From NCBI GenBank assembly GCA_039800165.1, contig JBDLRH010000027.1, positions 368 to 64,367 on the forward strand: a stretch of 64,000 nucleotides of DNA. Reading direction: 5' to 3'. This DNA comes from Pseudomonadota bacterium (lineage in GTDB: Bacteria > Pseudomonadota > Gammaproteobacteria > Burkholderiales > Burkholderiaceae_C). The notes beneath the pieces were generated by a model. It saw only the letters and a program-made list of their open reading frames with translations, was not told the DNA's origin and searched no databases. Positions 1 to 10,310 of this stretch are shown here, in pieces. A program made the translations under genes and the position numbers. Numbering within the stretch: position 1 is the first letter of the stretch; the number at the start of each line of letters is the position of its first letter.

Positions 1-2
1 TG

Positions 3-1310
3 AACCTGCGCCTGCTGGCCACCGTGCTGGTGCTTGGGGTCCTGCCCGCCTGGTGGGTATGGCGCGTGCCGATGCACCGCGTGCCGTGGCGCCGCCATGT
101 GCTGCACCAGTCGCTGGCCTTGCTGGCCAGTGTGCTGGTGGTCGCCGGCTTTGCCGCGGCAAGCTTCCAGACGCTGGCGCCGCTGATGCGCAACCACAAG
201 GAAGTGCGATTCCTGGTCAACCCCCTGAATTCGCTGTACGCGCTGGGGCGTGCCGTGGCTGGCGAGCGCACCCAGCGCGCCTTGCCCCTGCAGCCACTGG
301 CCGAAGACGCGCGCCTGGGCGATCGCCACGCCAGCGGCAAGCCGCCCCTGTTGCTGCTGGTGGTGGGCGAGACCGCGCGCTCCGATCACTTTTCGCTCAA
401 CGGCTACGGGCGCGACACCAACCCGCGCCTGGCGGCGTTGCCCGACGTCGTGAGCTGGCGGCAGGTCACGTCGTGCGGCACCAGCACCGCGGCGTCGGTG
501 CCGTGCATGTTTTCGCACCTCGGTCGCGAGGCGTTCATCGACAGCGGGCAGCGTTTCGAAAACCTGCTGGATGTGCTGCAGCGTGCCGGCCTGGCGGTGC
601 TGTGGATTGACAACCAGTCGGGCTGCAAGGGCGTGTGCGACCGCGTGCCCACCGTGCCGGCGGCCGAGGTGGCGCGTGCTGCCGCCTGCCGCGATGAAGA
701 CTGCATGGACGATGCGATGCTGCGCGCGCTGGACGAGCGGATCGCAGCGCTGGATGCGCAGCGGCGCAGCCGCGGCGTGGTGGTGGTGCTGCACGAGATG
801 GGCAGCCACGGCCCGGCCTACAGCAAGCGCTCGGCGCCGGCGCACAAGGCCTTCCTGCCTGAATGCACCACCACGCAGCTGCAGGACTGCGAGCGCCAGC
901 ATGTCGTCAACGCCTACGACAACAGCCTGCGCGAGACCGACCACTTTCTGGCCGAGGCGATCGGCTGGCTGCGCGCACGCGAGCGCAGCCACGCCACGGC
1001 GCTGCTGTACCTGTCGGACCACGGTGAATCGCTGGGCGAGAAGAACCTGTACCTGCATGGTCTGCCCTACGCGATTGCACCGATGGAGCAAAAGCATGTG
1101 CCGATGGTCGCGTGGCTGTCGCCGCAGATGCAGTCGGCCGCGCGCGTGTCCACCGAGTGCCTGCGCCGTGAGCGCGACCGCGCGCTCAGCCACGACCACC
1201 TGTTCCACAGCGTGCTGGGCCTGATGGATGTGCGCACTCGCGTCTACCGGCCCGAGCTGGATTTCTGGGCCGCCTGCAAGGGGGCTGGCGCAGCGGCCCC
1301 AGCGGGGTGA
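3..1310 (+). CDS. phosphoethanolamine transferase (EptA / sulfatase-fold family), N-terminus cut by window edge
   Basis: Frame is open from nt 3. Translation shows a TM segment followed by sulfatase-type motifs (LLLLVVGETARSDHFSLNGY, SCGTSTAASVPCMFS, LHEMGSHGPAY, YLSDHGESLGE). Confidence 0.85.
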   Translation, partial: NLRLLATVLVLGVLPAWWVWRVPMHRVPWRRHVLHQSLALLASVLVVAGFAAASFQTLAPLMRNHKEVRFLVNPLNSLYALGRAVAGERTQRALPLQPLAEDARLGDRHASGKPPLLLLVVGETARSDHFSLNGYGRDTNPRLAALPDVVSWRQVTSCGTSTAASVPCMFSHLGREAFIDSGQRFENLLDVLQRAGLAVLWIDNQSGCKGVCDRVPTVPAAEVARAAACRDEDCMDDAMLRALDERIAALDAQRRSRGVVVVLHEMGSHGPAYSKRSAPAHKAFLPECTTTQLQDCERQHVVNAYDNSLRETDHFLAEAIGWLRARERSHATALLYLSDHGESLGEKNLYLHGLPYAIAPMEQKHVPMVAWLSPQMQSAARVSTECLRRERDRALSHDHLFHSVLGLMDVRTRVYRPELDFWAACKGAGAAAPAG

Positions 1311-1368
1311 ACAGTAAAATTGGGGGCGTTTCGCAACGCTCCCCCATCTCCACCTACCGGACCCGGCC

Positions 1369-2433
1369 ATGCCCCTCGTCTCCATGCGCGAGCTGCTCGA
1401 CCACGCAGCCGAGAACAACTACGGCATCCCTGCCTTCAACGTCAACAACCTCGAGCAGGTGCAGGCCGTGATGACGGCCGCCGACGAGGCGGGCGCCCCG
1501 GTGATCCTGCAGGCCAGCGCCGGTGCCCGCAAGTACGCCGGTGAACACTTCATCAAGTACCTGATCCAGGCGGCGGCCGAGGCCTGGCCGCACGTTCCGC
1601 TGGTGATGCACCAGGACCACGGCACCAGCCCCAAGGTCTGCCAAGGAGCCATCGACCTGGGCTTCGGCTCGGTGATGATGGACGGCTCGCTCAAGGAAGA
1701 CGGCAAGACGCCGGCCGACTTTGGCTACAACGTGGACGTGACCCGCGCTGTCGTGGAGATGGCGCACCGGGTGGGCGTGACGGTGGAGGGTGAACTCGGC
1801 TGCCTGGGCAGCCTCGAGACCGGCGAAGCCGGCGAGGAAGACGGCATCGGCGCGGTGGGTAAGCTCGACCACAGCCAGATGCTCACCGACCCGGAAGAGG
1901 CGGCGCAGTTCGTCAAGGCCACGCAGCTCGATGCGCTGGCCATTGCGATCGGTACCAGCCATGGCGCCTATAAGTTCACCCGCCCGCCCACTGGCGACGT
2001 GCTGGCGATTGGCCGCGTGAAGGAGATCCACGCGCGCATCCCCAACACCCACCTGGTGATGCACGGTTCGTCGTCGGTGCCGCAAGACCTGCTGGACATC
2101 ATCAACCAGTTCGGCGGCAAGATGAAGCAGACGTATGGCGTGCCGGTGAAGGAGATCCAGGAAGCGATCAAGCACGGCGTGCGCAAGATCAATATCGACA
2201 CCGACATCCGCATGGCGATGACCGGTGCGGTGCGAAAGTTCCAGGCCGAGAACCCCGACAAGTTCGACATGCGCGAGTGGATGAAGCCGGCGCGCGAGGC
2301 GGCCAAGGCGATCTGCAAGCAGCGCTACATCGAGTTCGGTTGTGAAGGCCAGGCCGGCAAGATCAAGGCGCGCGGCCTGCAGGTGATGGCGCAACGCTAC
2401 GCCAAGGGCGAGCTCGCCCAGGTGGTCCATTGA
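1369..2433 (+). CDS. fba: fructose-bisphosphate aldolase, class II
   Basis: 354 aa. N-terminus [30 protein letters not shown] and [14 protein letters not shown] motifs match class II FBA (CbbA type). Confidence 0.95.
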   Translation: MPLVSMRELLDHAAENNYGIPAFNVNNLEQVQAVMTAADEAGAPVILQASAGARKYAGEHFIKYLIQAAAEAWPHVPLVMHQDHGTSPKVCQGAIDLGFGSVMMDGSLKEDGKTPADFGYNVDVTRAVVEMAHRVGVTVEGELGCLGSLETGEAGEEDGIGAVGKLDHSQMLTDPEEAAQFVKATQLDALAIAIGTSHGAYKFTRPPTGDVLAIGRVKEIHARIPNTHLVMHGSSSVPQDLLDIINQFGGKMKQTYGVPVKEIQEAIKHGVRKINIDTDIRMAMTGAVRKFQAENPDKFDMREWMKPAREAAKAICKQRYIEFGCEGQAGKIKARGLQVMAQRYAKGELAQVVH

Positions 2434-3344
2434 CCCCTGCCGCGCTGCACACCTCGACGCTGCAATCGCTGCCGCTGCTGGCGCGCGGCAAGGTACGCGA
2501 CAACTATGCGGTGGGCGACGACCGCATCCTGATGGTCGCCTCGGACCGCATCAGCGCGTTCGACGTGATCATGGGCGAGCCGATCCCCGGCAAGGGCGAG
2601 CTGCTCACCACGCTCAGCCTGTTCTGGTTTGAGCGGCTGGGCCCCAAGGGCCTGAACCTCTGCCCGATCCACCTGACCGGCGACGCGCCCGAAAGCGTGG
2701 TGTCCCCGGCCGAGGCGGCACAGGTGCGCGGCCGCTCGATGCTGGTGCAGCGCCTCAAGCCCATCCCGGTGGAGGCAGTGGTGCGCGGCTATCTGGCCGG
2801 CAGCGGCTGGAAGGAATACCAGCAGGGCCAGGCGGTGTGCGGCGTGAAGCTGCCCGCAGGCCTGAAGAACGCATCGAAGCTGCCCGAGCCGATCTACACG
2901 CCAGCCGCCAAGGCAGCAGCGGGCGAGCACGACGAGAACATCACCTACGGGCAGACGGTGCAGATGATTGGCGCCGAGCTGGCCGCGAAGATCCGCGACA
3001 CCAGCATCGCGCTGTACAAGGCGGCCGCCGACATCGCGCTGCGCAAGGGCATCATCATTGCCGACACCAAGTTCGAATTCGGCCTCGATGCCAAGGGCAC
3101 GCTGGTGCTGATGGACGAGGTGCTCACGCCCGACTCGTCGCGCTACTGGCCGGCCGACAGCTACGCCGAGGGCGGCAACCCGCCGAGCTTTGACAAGCAG
3201 TTCCTGCGCGACTGGCTCGAGCAGGCACAGGTGCATGGCAAGCCCTGGAGCAAGCAGCCGCCTGCGCCGCGCCTGCCGCAGGAGGTGATCGAGAAGACCG
3301 CCGCCAAGTACCGCGAGGCGCTGACCCGGCTGGTGGGTGCGTGA
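2430..3344 (+). CDS. purC: phosphoribosylaminoimidazole-succinocarboxamide (SAICAR) synthase
   Basis: [33 protein letters not shown] is the PurC signature. TTG start overlaps the fba stop (TTGA). Confidence 0.9.
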   Translation: MTPAALHTSTLQSLPLLARGKVRDNYAVGDDRILMVASDRISAFDVIMGEPIPGKGELLTTLSLFWFERLGPKGLNLCPIHLTGDAPESVVSPAEAAQVRGRSMLVQRLKPIPVEAVVRGYLAGSGWKEYQQGQAVCGVKLPAGLKNASKLPEPIYTPAAKAAAGEHDENITYGQTVQMIGAELAAKIRDTSIALYKAAADIALRKGIIIADTKFEFGLDAKGTLVLMDEVLTPDSSRYWPADSYAEGGNPPSFDKQFLRDWLEQAQVHGKPWSKQPPAPRLPQEVIEKTAAKYREALTRLVGA

Positions 3345-3388
3345 AACCCGTGGCACCCTTGACCCGTGAGCACTGAGAAGGAGGTTTC

Positions 3389-3832
3389 ATGACCCGGCGC
3401 TTTTTGCTTCTTCCCTTGGCTGCGCTGATCGGCCTGTGTGGCGCTGCGGCGGCCTTTGCATCCAACGCGTCGCCAGAGCCTGCCTGCATCACCGCAGGCC
3501 GCCTGGATGGCGATGGCCGCTGGGCGCCGCAGTTCCGCGCCGTGCGCCTGCTTGACGAGGCGGGCCGCGCGATCGCTGCGCCAGGCAAGACCGCGCTTGC
3601 GCGTGTGCGTTCCGTGGAGCTGACCGAGCCCGCGCTGCTGTCGCGCTGCGACGGCAACCAGCCGCTGGCGCGCGGCGACGAATCGCCTGCCGCCAAGGCC
3701 CCGGTGCCCGCCGCCACACCCGGGCGGCTGACGGTGAGCGCGGTGGGATTCCCGAAGCTTCAGACCGGCGGCTCGCTGGTGGAACTGCAGGTCAGCGTGC
3801 CGGCCGACCGGGTGGTGATGGTCACGCGCTGA
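3389..3832 (+). CDS. hypothetical secreted protein
   Basis: AAGGAGG ribosome-binding site 6 nt upstream of the ATG. N-terminal signal peptide (LLLPLAALIGLCGAAAAFA/SN). No family recognised. Confidence 0.6.
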   Translation: MTRRFLLLPLAALIGLCGAAAAFASNASPEPACITAGRLDGDGRWAPQFRAVRLLDEAGRAIAAPGKTALARVRSVELTEPALLSRCDGNQPLARGDESPAAKAPVPAATPGRLTVSAVGFPKLQTGGSLVELQVSVPADRVVMVTR

Positions 3833-3842
3833 CGACGCTGAA

Positions 3843-4736
3843 TCAGCTCAGCACCACGCTCGACAGCCGGCGCCGGTAGGTGGCCACCGTCGGGTCATCG
3901 GGCGGGATCTGGCCCTCGGCCACCTTGGGGCGGGGCGGCTCGATGATGTCGAGGATGGCGATGTAGGTCTTGCGCGCCAGGTCCTCGCTCCAGGCCTTGT
4001 CGCGCATCAGGATCTCCAGCAGTTCGTCCATCGCGTCGGTCCAGCGCTGCGCGGCCATCAGGCACTGCGCGCGGCCAAAACGGGCAGCGAAGTCGCGCTT
4101 GTTGGCCGCGATGGCCGCATCAAAACTGGCGATCGACTTGGCTGCCGCCGCATCCACTGCATCCATCCAGCGCTGCAGCGCGCCCAGACGCTGCACCCCT
4201 GCGGCCTTGGCGATCACCGGCGCAAATGCCACCTTGGCGTCGTCATGGCGCCCCAGCTGCAGCAGCAGCTTCACATAGTCAAAGCGGGCCTCGTCGTTGG
4301 CCGGGTCGGTGGCCACCGCATGCTGCAGCTTTTCCAGCGCGGCATCGGTGTCGCCCTGCGCCAGCGCGTCGATGGCCTCTTCCTCCGCCACTTCGGCTTC
4401 CAGCGCTTCGGCGGCCGGCACATGCTTGTCGAGGAATTCCTTGATCTTGCCCTCGGGCAGCGCGCCCATGAAGCCGTCCACCGGCTGGCCGTTCTTCAGC
4501 ATCACCACCGTGGGGATGCTGCGGATGCCGAAGGCCGCGGCAAGCTGCTGCTCCTGGTCAGAGTCGATCTTGGCAAGCTTGAAGCGCCCGCCGTACTCGG
4601 TTTCGAGCTTTTCGAGCATCGGCCCGATCACCTTGCAGGGCCCGCACCACGGCGCCCAGAAGTCCACCAGCACCGGCAGCTGCATCGAGGCGTTGATCAC
4701 CTCGGCTTCAAAGTTCTCTATCGTGACGTCGATCAT
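3843..4736 (-). CDS. thioredoxin-domain plus TPR co-chaperone (YbbN/CnoX-like)
   Basis: [14 protein letters not shown] thioredoxin motif followed by a TPR-like C-terminal half. ATG at 4736 (MIDVTIENF) preferred over the TTG at 4757. Confidence 0.85.
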   Translation of the reverse strand: MIDVTIENFEAEVINASMQLPVLVDFWAPWCGPCKVIGPMLEKLETEYGGRFKLAKIDSDQEQQLAAAFGIRSIPTVVMLKNGQPVDGFMGALPEGKIKEFLDKHVPAAEALEAEVAEEEAIDALAQGDTDAALEKLQHAVATDPANDEARFDYVKLLLQLGRHDDAKVAFAPVIAKAAGVQRLGALQRWMDAVDAAAAKSIASFDAAIAANKRDFAARFGRAQCLMAAQRWTDAMDELLEILMRDKAWSEDLARKTYIAILDIIEPPRPKVAEGQIPPDDPTVATYRRRLSSVVLS

Positions 4737-4786
4737 GGTGGGCAGTTCGGGGTGCAAACGTAGAATTCAATCGCAAGGAGCCTTCC

Positions 4787-5278
4787 ATGACCCCCGTGAT
4801 CGGCGTCGTCATGGGTTCCAGCTCAGACTGGGACACCATGCAGCACGCAGCAGAGATTCTCCGTGAATTCGGCGTCGCCTTCGAGGCGAAGGTCGTCTCG
4901 GCGCACCGCATGCCTGACGACATGTTCGCCTACGCCGAAGCCGCGGCCGGGCGCGGCCTGAAGGCCATCATCGCCGGCGCCGGCGGCGCAGCCCACCTGC
5001 CGGGCATGCTGGCGGCCAAGACGGCGGTGCCGGTGCTGGGCGTGCCGGTGCCCGGCAAGCACCTGCAGGGCGTGGACTCGCTGCACAGCATCGTGCAGAT
5101 GCCCAAGGGCGTGCCGGTGGCCACCTTTGCCATTGGCGCGGCAGGCGCGGCCAATGCGGCGCTGTTCGCGGTGGCGATGCTGGCCAACGAAAGCGCGGCC
5201 CTGCGCGAGAAGCTGGCCGCCTTCCGCGCGCGGCAGACCGAGGCGGCCCGCGCGATGACGCTACCGCCTTCCGCGTGA
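4787..5278 (+). CDS. purE: N5-carboxyaminoimidazole ribonucleotide mutase
   Basis: [14 protein letters not shown]...VSAHRMPD...[10 protein letters not shown] motifs. AAGGAG ribosome-binding site. Confidence 0.95.
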   Translation: MTPVIGVVMGSSSDWDTMQHAAEILREFGVAFEAKVVSAHRMPDDMFAYAEAAAGRGLKAIIAGAGGAAHLPGMLAAKTAVPVLGVPVPGKHLQGVDSLHSIVQMPKGVPVATFAIGAAGAANAALFAVAMLANESAALREKLAAFRARQTEAARAMTLPPSA

Positions 5279-5310
5279 TCCACCCGACCTGCCCGACCCG
5301 CGGGATCTGA

Positions 5311-6495
5311 GTGAGCGCCTTGCCTGTCGCTGCCAATGACGTGATCCTGCCCGGCGCCACGCTGGGCGTGATGGGCGGTGGCCAGCTCGGCCGCATGTTC
5401 GTGCATGCGGCGCAGCGCATGGGCTACTTCACCGCGGTGCTCGACGCCGATGCGCACAGCCCGGCGGGCCGGGTGAGCCACCATCACATTCGCAGCGGCT
5501 ACACCGACGCAGACGGTCTGGCGCAGCTGGCCGAACTTAGTGCGGCCATCACCACCGAATTCGAAAATGTGCCGGCGGACGCGCTGCGCACGCTGGCACG
5601 GCAGCGACCGGTGGCGCCTGGCGGTGATGCGGTAGCGGTGGCACAAGACCGCGCCGCCGAGAAGGCGCACTTTGTGCGCTGTGGCGTGCCCTGCGCGCCG
5701 CATGCGGTGATCGATACGGCGACGCAATTAGGCGCGGTGGACGACCGCCTGTTGCCCGGCATCCTGAAGACCGCACGCATGGGCTACGACGGCAAGGGCC
5801 AGGTGCGTGTGAAGACCCGCGCCGAGCTGGCTGCAGCGTGGGATGCCCTCAAGCGCGTGCCCTGTGTGCTCGAGCAGATGCTGCCCCTGGCCTACGAGGT
5901 ATCGGCCATCGTCGCGCGCGGCCGCGACGGCGCGATGGTGAGCCTGCCGGTGCAGCGCAACCTGCACCGCGACGGCATCCTGGCCGTGACCGAGGTGCAT
6001 GCCGGTGCGGTGCCGGTGGACGTTGCGGCGCGTGCGGTGGAAGCCGCGCAGGCGATTGCGCGCGGCCTCGACTACGTGGGCGTGCTGTGCGTGGAGTTCT
6101 TCGTGCTGCAGGACGGCGCGCTGGTGGTCAACGAGATCGCACCGCGCCCGCACAACAGCGGCCACTACAGCATCGACGCCTGCGATGTTGACCAGTTCGA
6201 ACTGCAGGTGCGCGCCATGACCGGCCTGCCGCTGGTGGCACCACGCCAGCACAGCGCGGCCCTCATGCTGAACCTGCTGGGCGACCTGTGGTTCGCGCCC
6301 GGCTCGGATGCGCAGCGCGAGCCACCGTGGGCGCAGCTGCTCGCCCTGCCGGGCACCCATCTGCACATGTACGGCAAGACCGAGGCCCGGCGCGCACGCA
6401 AGATGGGGCATCTCAACATCACCGGCAGCGACGCGGCTGCAGTACGCGCCATCGCGCTGCAGGCCGCCGCGCTGCTGGGCATCGCTGCCTTCTGA
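5311..6495 (+). CDS. purK: N5-carboxyaminoimidazole ribonucleotide synthase
   Basis: ATP-grasp protein directly after purE (GVMGGGQLGRM, LKTARMGYDGKGQ, NEIAPRPHNSGH). GTG start. Confidence 0.9.
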   Translation: MSALPVAANDVILPGATLGVMGGGQLGRMFVHAAQRMGYFTAVLDADAHSPAGRVSHHHIRSGYTDADGLAQLAELSAAITTEFENVPADALRTLARQRPVAPGGDAVAVAQDRAAEKAHFVRCGVPCAPHAVIDTATQLGAVDDRLLPGILKTARMGYDGKGQVRVKTRAELAAAWDALKRVPCVLEQMLPLAYEVSAIVARGRDGAMVSLPVQRNLHRDGILAVTEVHAGAVPVDVAARAVEAAQAIARGLDYVGVLCVEFFVLQDGALVVNEIAPRPHNSGHYSIDACDVDQFELQVRAMTGLPLVAPRQHSAALMLNLLGDLWFAPGSDAQREPPWAQLLALPGTHLHMYGKTEARRARKMGHLNITGSDAAAVRAIALQAAALLGIAAF

Positions 6496-6514
6496 GCGGC
6501 GGCTGGGGCCCGAT

Positions 6515-7510
6515 GTGATCCTGGACGGACGCGACCCGCATAGCATCGCCCATGCGGTCGAGCGGCTGGCGCAGGGCGCGCTGGTCGCCTTTCCTACCGA
6601 GACGGTGTACGGCCTGGGGGCCGACGCCTGCAACGACGCGGCGGTGCGCGGCATCTTCGCTGCCAAGGGGCGGCCCAGCGATCACCCGCTGATCGTGCAT
6701 GTGGCCGATACGTCGGGCGTGGCGCATTTCGCGCGCGAGGTACCGGCCTTCGCCCAGCGCCTGATCGATGCGTTCTGGCCCGGGCCGCTGACGCTGATCT
6801 TGCCGCGCCGCGAAGGCGTGGCCACAGCCAGCGCGGGCGGGCAGGGCTCGATCGGAGTGCGTTGCCCCTCGCACCCGGTGGCGCAAGCGCTGCTGCGTGC
6901 CTGCGCGCAAGCGGCGGTACCGGTGCACGGCCTCTCGGGGCCCAGCGCCAACCGCTTCGGGCGCGTCAGCCCCACCACCGCACAGCATGTGGCCAGCGAG
7001 TTTGGCGACGGGTTGCTGATCCTGGATGGCGGCGCGTGCGAGGTGGGCATCGAATCGACCATCGTGGACTGCACGCGCGGCGCGCCGGTGCTGCTGCGCC
7101 CGGGCATGCTGACGGCGCAGCAGATCGAGGCGGCCTGCGGCATGGCGCTGCGCTCGCATGACAGCGTGGCCGGTGTCGCGCCGCGGGCGTCGGGCACGCT
7201 GGAGGCGCACTACGCGCCGAACGCGCGCGTGCGGCTGATGGACGCCAAGGCCTTGCAGGCTGCACTGGATGTGCTGGGCGCCGACGCAGCGAACCTGGCG
7301 GTGTATGCGCGCACGAGCATGCGCAGCGCATCACGCCGCATCACGCTGCGCCGCATGCCCGGTGACGCCGCTGCAGCAGCGCATGAGCTGTTTGCCGCAC
7401 TGCGCGAGCTCGATGCCGACGGCGTCCAACTCATCTGGATCGAAGAGCCGCCGCCAGACGCCGCGTGGGACGGCGTGCGCGACCGCCTGCAGCGCGCTGC
7501 CGCGGCCTGA
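6515..7510 (+). CDS. tsaC: L-threonylcarbamoyladenylate synthase (Sua5/YwlC-type TsaC)
   Basis: FPTETVYGLGADA, KGRPSDHPLIVHV motifs plus a Sua5 C-terminal domain. GTG at 6515 chosen because the upstream part of the ORF overlaps purK. Confidence 0.8.
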   Translation: MILDGRDPHSIAHAVERLAQGALVAFPTETVYGLGADACNDAAVRGIFAAKGRPSDHPLIVHVADTSGVAHFAREVPAFAQRLIDAFWPGPLTLILPRREGVATASAGGQGSIGVRCPSHPVAQALLRACAQAAVPVHGLSGPSANRFGRVSPTTAQHVASEFGDGLLILDGGACEVGIESTIVDCTRGAPVLLRPGMLTAQQIEAACGMALRSHDSVAGVAPRASGTLEAHYAPNARVRLMDAKALQAALDVLGADAANLAVYARTSMRSASRRITLRRMPGDAAAAAHELFAALRELDADGVQLIWIEEPPPDAAWDGVRDRLQRAAAA

Positions 7511-7540
7511 CTACACTTAGCCCGAATGAAGGAGATTGTC

Positions 7541-8497
7541 ATGTCCCAACCTTGGTCGCGCCGCGCCCTGCTGGCGCTCGGCTGTGCGGCACTCACGCTG
7601 TTGTCGGCTTGCGGCTCAGGCAGCATCGAGTCGACCCTCAAGCCCACGCGCTTCATCGCCTTTGGTACCGGCATGAGCGACTTGGGCGAAGGCGGCGCGC
7701 GCTACACGGTCAACGATGGTTCGGTGTCGGTCTGGACGCAGCAGGTCGCGACCCGCTACGGCCTGACGCTGACGACCGCGGCGCAAGGCGGCCTGTCGTT
7801 CGCGCAGGGCAATGCGCGCGTCGGTGCCAAGCCGGATGCGGCTGGCAGCAATGCAACGCTGACGATCAAGGAGCAGATCGACCGCTTTCTGCTCGGGGGG
7901 ACCTTCGGTGCCACCGACGTGGTGCTGATCGAGGCCGGCGTGAGCGATGTGATCGCGCAGATGGCGGCCTTCCAGTCGGGCGCCCAGACACAGGAGCAGA
8001 TGCTCAATGCGCTGGAGGCGGCAGGCCGCGAGTTCGGTGCGCAGGTGCGCCGGCTGGTGGGTGCCGGTGCGCGCTATGTGCTGGTGGCGGGTTCGTACAA
8101 CCTCGGCCGCTCGCCCTGGGCGCGCGGCATCAATCAGGCCGCGCTGGTGGAAAGCGCCACGCTGCGCTTCAACAATGGCCTGCTGGTGACCGTCAACGAC
8201 CTGGGTGCCAATGTCCTGTACGTGGATGCGGCGCTGCACTACAACCTGGTGACCGCCAGCCCCGGCCTGTTCGGCGGCATGAACAACTCGCTGGACATCG
8301 CCTGCACCTCGGTGGACGCAGGCCCCGGCATCGGCATCGGTAGTGGCCAGGTGAATTCGGCGCTGTGCACGCCGTCCACCATCGTCGCTGGCGTCACCTA
8401 CACCCAGCGGGTGTTTGCCGATGCGGTGTATCCGTCTCCTACCGCGCAGCGCAGCTTTGGCGACTACGCGTACGACCGGCTGCGGCTGCGGTGGTGA
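7541..8497 (+). CDS. SGNH/GDSL-fold lipoprotein, catalytic motifs degenerate
   Basis: Lipobox LLSAC. Second ATG preferred because AAGGAG lies 6 nt upstream. Blocks resemble a GDSL lipase (FGTGMSDLG, AGVSDV, GSYNLGRSP, FADAVYPSP). Confidence 0.65.
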   Translation: MSQPWSRRALLALGCAALTLLSACGSGSIESTLKPTRFIAFGTGMSDLGEGGARYTVNDGSVSVWTQQVATRYGLTLTTAAQGGLSFAQGNARVGAKPDAAGSNATLTIKEQIDRFLLGGTFGATDVVLIEAGVSDVIAQMAAFQSGAQTQEQMLNALEAAGREFGAQVRRLVGAGARYVLVAGSYNLGRSPWARGINQAALVESATLRFNNGLLVTVNDLGANVLYVDAALHYNLVTASPGLFGGMNNSLDIACTSVDAGPGIGIGSGQVNSALCTPSTIVAGVTYTQRVFADAVYPSPTAQRSFGDYAYDRLRLRW

Positions 8498-8520
8498 GGC
8501 AGATGCCACGTTGAAACAAC

Positions 8521-8549
8521 AACGCCCGCATCAGCGGGCGTTATTGCTT
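8521..8549. terminator. hairpin between convergent genes (possible bidirectional terminator)
   Basis: AACGCCCGC-atca-GCGGGCGTT, a perfect 9-bp stem. Flanking U-richness is only moderate on either strand. Confidence 0.5.
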
Positions 8550-8569
8550 GAAGCGGGCAGGAGCCGCGC

Positions 8570-9862
8570 TTACTTCACGGCGTCGAAGAACTGGCGTGCC
8601 GCAGCAGCGCACATCGGCGGCGCGAAGGTGCCGTGATAGCGGCTGTAGTACTGCGCAAAGCCCGCCGGGTCGCTGGGCGGTGCGCCGAAAGCCAGGCGAA
8701 TTTGCGGGTCCACGTCCACCGAGGTGACCGTACGCACACCGCGTGCGTCAAAGTCGGCTTTCATCACGGTCTGATGCAGCGCGAAGGGTACCGTCGGGTC
8801 ACCTGAGCCGCTGCACAGCAGGGTCGCGCCGCGCGGGCTCCATCCCAGCAGATCGTTCTTTTTGGCGGCCAGGTACAGCGTGTTGTTGTCGTTGGTGCGT
8901 ACGTCGGTGATGAACGCCGGCTGGAACAGCGCATCGCGGGCCTGGTTCGGAGTCTCGCCGTTGGCACCGGGCAGGGCCCCGGTGGTCACCAGGGTGGTGT
9001 AGGTCAGCGTCGGGTTCGGAAGCAGGTTCTCGATCGTGCTGGCGTAGGGCGCCTTGAACGCCTGGTTCACGTTGCTGTAGATATCGCCGTAGATCTTTTG
9101 CCAGGCGGTGACCAGGAAGGGCACGAAGAACTGGTAGCCGGCGATCGCGTCGGCCAGCTTGAAGCTGCCCGACAGGTTGTACGGACCGGCCAGGTGCGCG
9201 CCACCCACGAGGTTGATCTCGCCCGCGTGGTCGCGCTCGATGGCACGGTGCGCTGCCATGGATGCGTGCCCCCCTTGAGAGTACCCGCTGACCATCACCT
9301 TGCCCGACAGCGGTACGCCCAGTGACGAGGCAGCGCTGCGGGCAGCACGGATCGAATCGACGATGGTGGTCGCCTGGGAATCCGCATGGAGATACGGATG
9401 GAAGCTGTACTGCGAGCCCGCAAAGCCGAGGTAGTCGGTGGCGACCACGGCGTAGCCTTGCGCTGCGTACACCGCGGCAAGCAGCTGCGTCTCGCCGTCG
9501 GTCGGGTTGGCCAGCGTGCGCGTCTTGAGGACTTCAGTGCCGCGCGAATAGGCCAGCAACGGGAACGGACCGCTGCAACCGGCAGCGCTGCCCGAGGGGA
9601 CCAGCATGACGCCGGTGCTGTTGGACATCTCGCCCCGCACCCCGACCGTGTGGTAGTCCAGTGGCACAACGCGAACGTCGCACTTGGCGGGGCCGCTGAT
9701 GCCGATCAGCCCGCTGGAGGTGGCCCCTGCGGTGATGGCGCTGCTGCTCAGTGTGGCAGCCGCAGTCGGTGCGCTGCGCAGTTCACCGCGGTCGACCCCG
9801 CCTCCGCACGCCGCAAGCAAGGTGGCCGCAGCAACGGCGGTCAGCAGGTAAAGCTTCTTCAT
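8570..9862 (-). CDS. alpha/beta-hydrolase lipoprotein (secretory lipase-like)
   Basis: Lipobox LLAAC, nucleophile elbow GYSQGG, GGAGA ribosome-binding site. Confidence 0.75.
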   Translation of the reverse strand: MKKLYLLTAVAAATLLAACGGGVDRGELRSAPTAAATLSSSAITAGATSSGLIGISGPAKCDVRVVPLDYHTVGVRGEMSNSTGVMLVPSGSAAGCSGPFPLLAYSRGTEVLKTRTLANPTDGETQLLAAVYAAQGYAVVATDYLGFAGSQYSFHPYLHADSQATTIVDSIRAARSAASSLGVPLSGKVMVSGYSQGGHASMAAHRAIERDHAGEINLVGGAHLAGPYNLSGSFKLADAIAGYQFFVPFLVTAWQKIYGDIYSNVNQAFKAPYASTIENLLPNPTLTYTTLVTTGALPGANGETPNQARDALFQPAFITDVRTNDNNTLYLAAKKNDLLGWSPRGATLLCSGSGDPTVPFALHQTVMKADFDARGVRTVTSVDVDPQIRLAFGAPPSDPAGFAQYYSRYHGTFAPPMCAAAARQFFDAVK

Positions 9863-9950
9863 GGATGTGTCTCCTCTGGATCGTTTCCGGCGCGCCGTCG
9901 TGCGTAAATCGAACGACCGTTCGCGTGGGCATGAAATCCTACGACCGCTT

Positions 9951-9970
9951 GGCCGGTCGTCTTACCGGGA
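9951..9970 (-). terminator. hairpin downstream of the SemiSWEET gene
   Basis: ACGACCG-cttggc-CGGTCGT, a 7-bp stem followed on the minus strand by AGGAUUUCAU (weak U tract). Confidence 0.3.
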
Positions 9971-9994
9971 AAACACCGATCGCGCTGTCAGCTT

Positions 9995-10264
9995 TCACCC
10001 ATAGCGCAGCTTCATCACCAGGATCGAGAAGGCCAGGGCCACGGTGATGATGTTGGCGATGATGATCGGCCAGGAGCCGATCACGATGCCGTAGACCAGC
10101 CACAGCGCGATGCCGGTGGTGAAGGCGCTGTACATGCCCAGGGAAATGCCGCTGACGTCGCGGGTACGAAAGGTCAGCCAGGCCTGCGGCACGAAGCTGC
10201 TGGTGGTCAGGAAGGCGGCGATGTAGCCGATCAGCTCGGTCCAGTGGCTGGCGGTCCAGTTCAT
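9995..10264 (-). CDS. SemiSWEET / PQ-loop family transporter (89 aa, 3 TM)
   Basis: MNWTASHWTELIGYIAAFLTTSSFVPQAWLTFRTRDVSGISL... has a PQ motif and three hydrophobic helices. The upstream part of the listed ORF is not protein-like. Confidence 0.75.
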   Translation of the reverse strand: MNWTASHWTELIGYIAAFLTTSSFVPQAWLTFRTRDVSGISLGMYSAFTTGIALWLVYGIVIGSWPIIIANIITVALAFSILVMKLRYG

Positions 10265-10310
10265 GGGGTGGTTACCTTGTCTTGGTTGGGCAGCAGGCGC
10301 ACGGGAGGCA

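Noticed and set aside
1325-1350. A GC-rich hairpin (GGGGGCG...CGCTCCCCC) after the PEtN-transferase gene, considered as a terminator.
   Set aside because: No U-tract follows it, and it lies only about 20 nt before the fba start. The evidence is insufficient to call it a terminator.
6308-6514. The upstream extension of the tsaC ORF overlapping purK.
   Set aside because: The translation is Arg/Cys/Pro-rich nonsense and overlaps the well-supported 3-prime end of purK. TsaC homology starts at the GTG at 6515.
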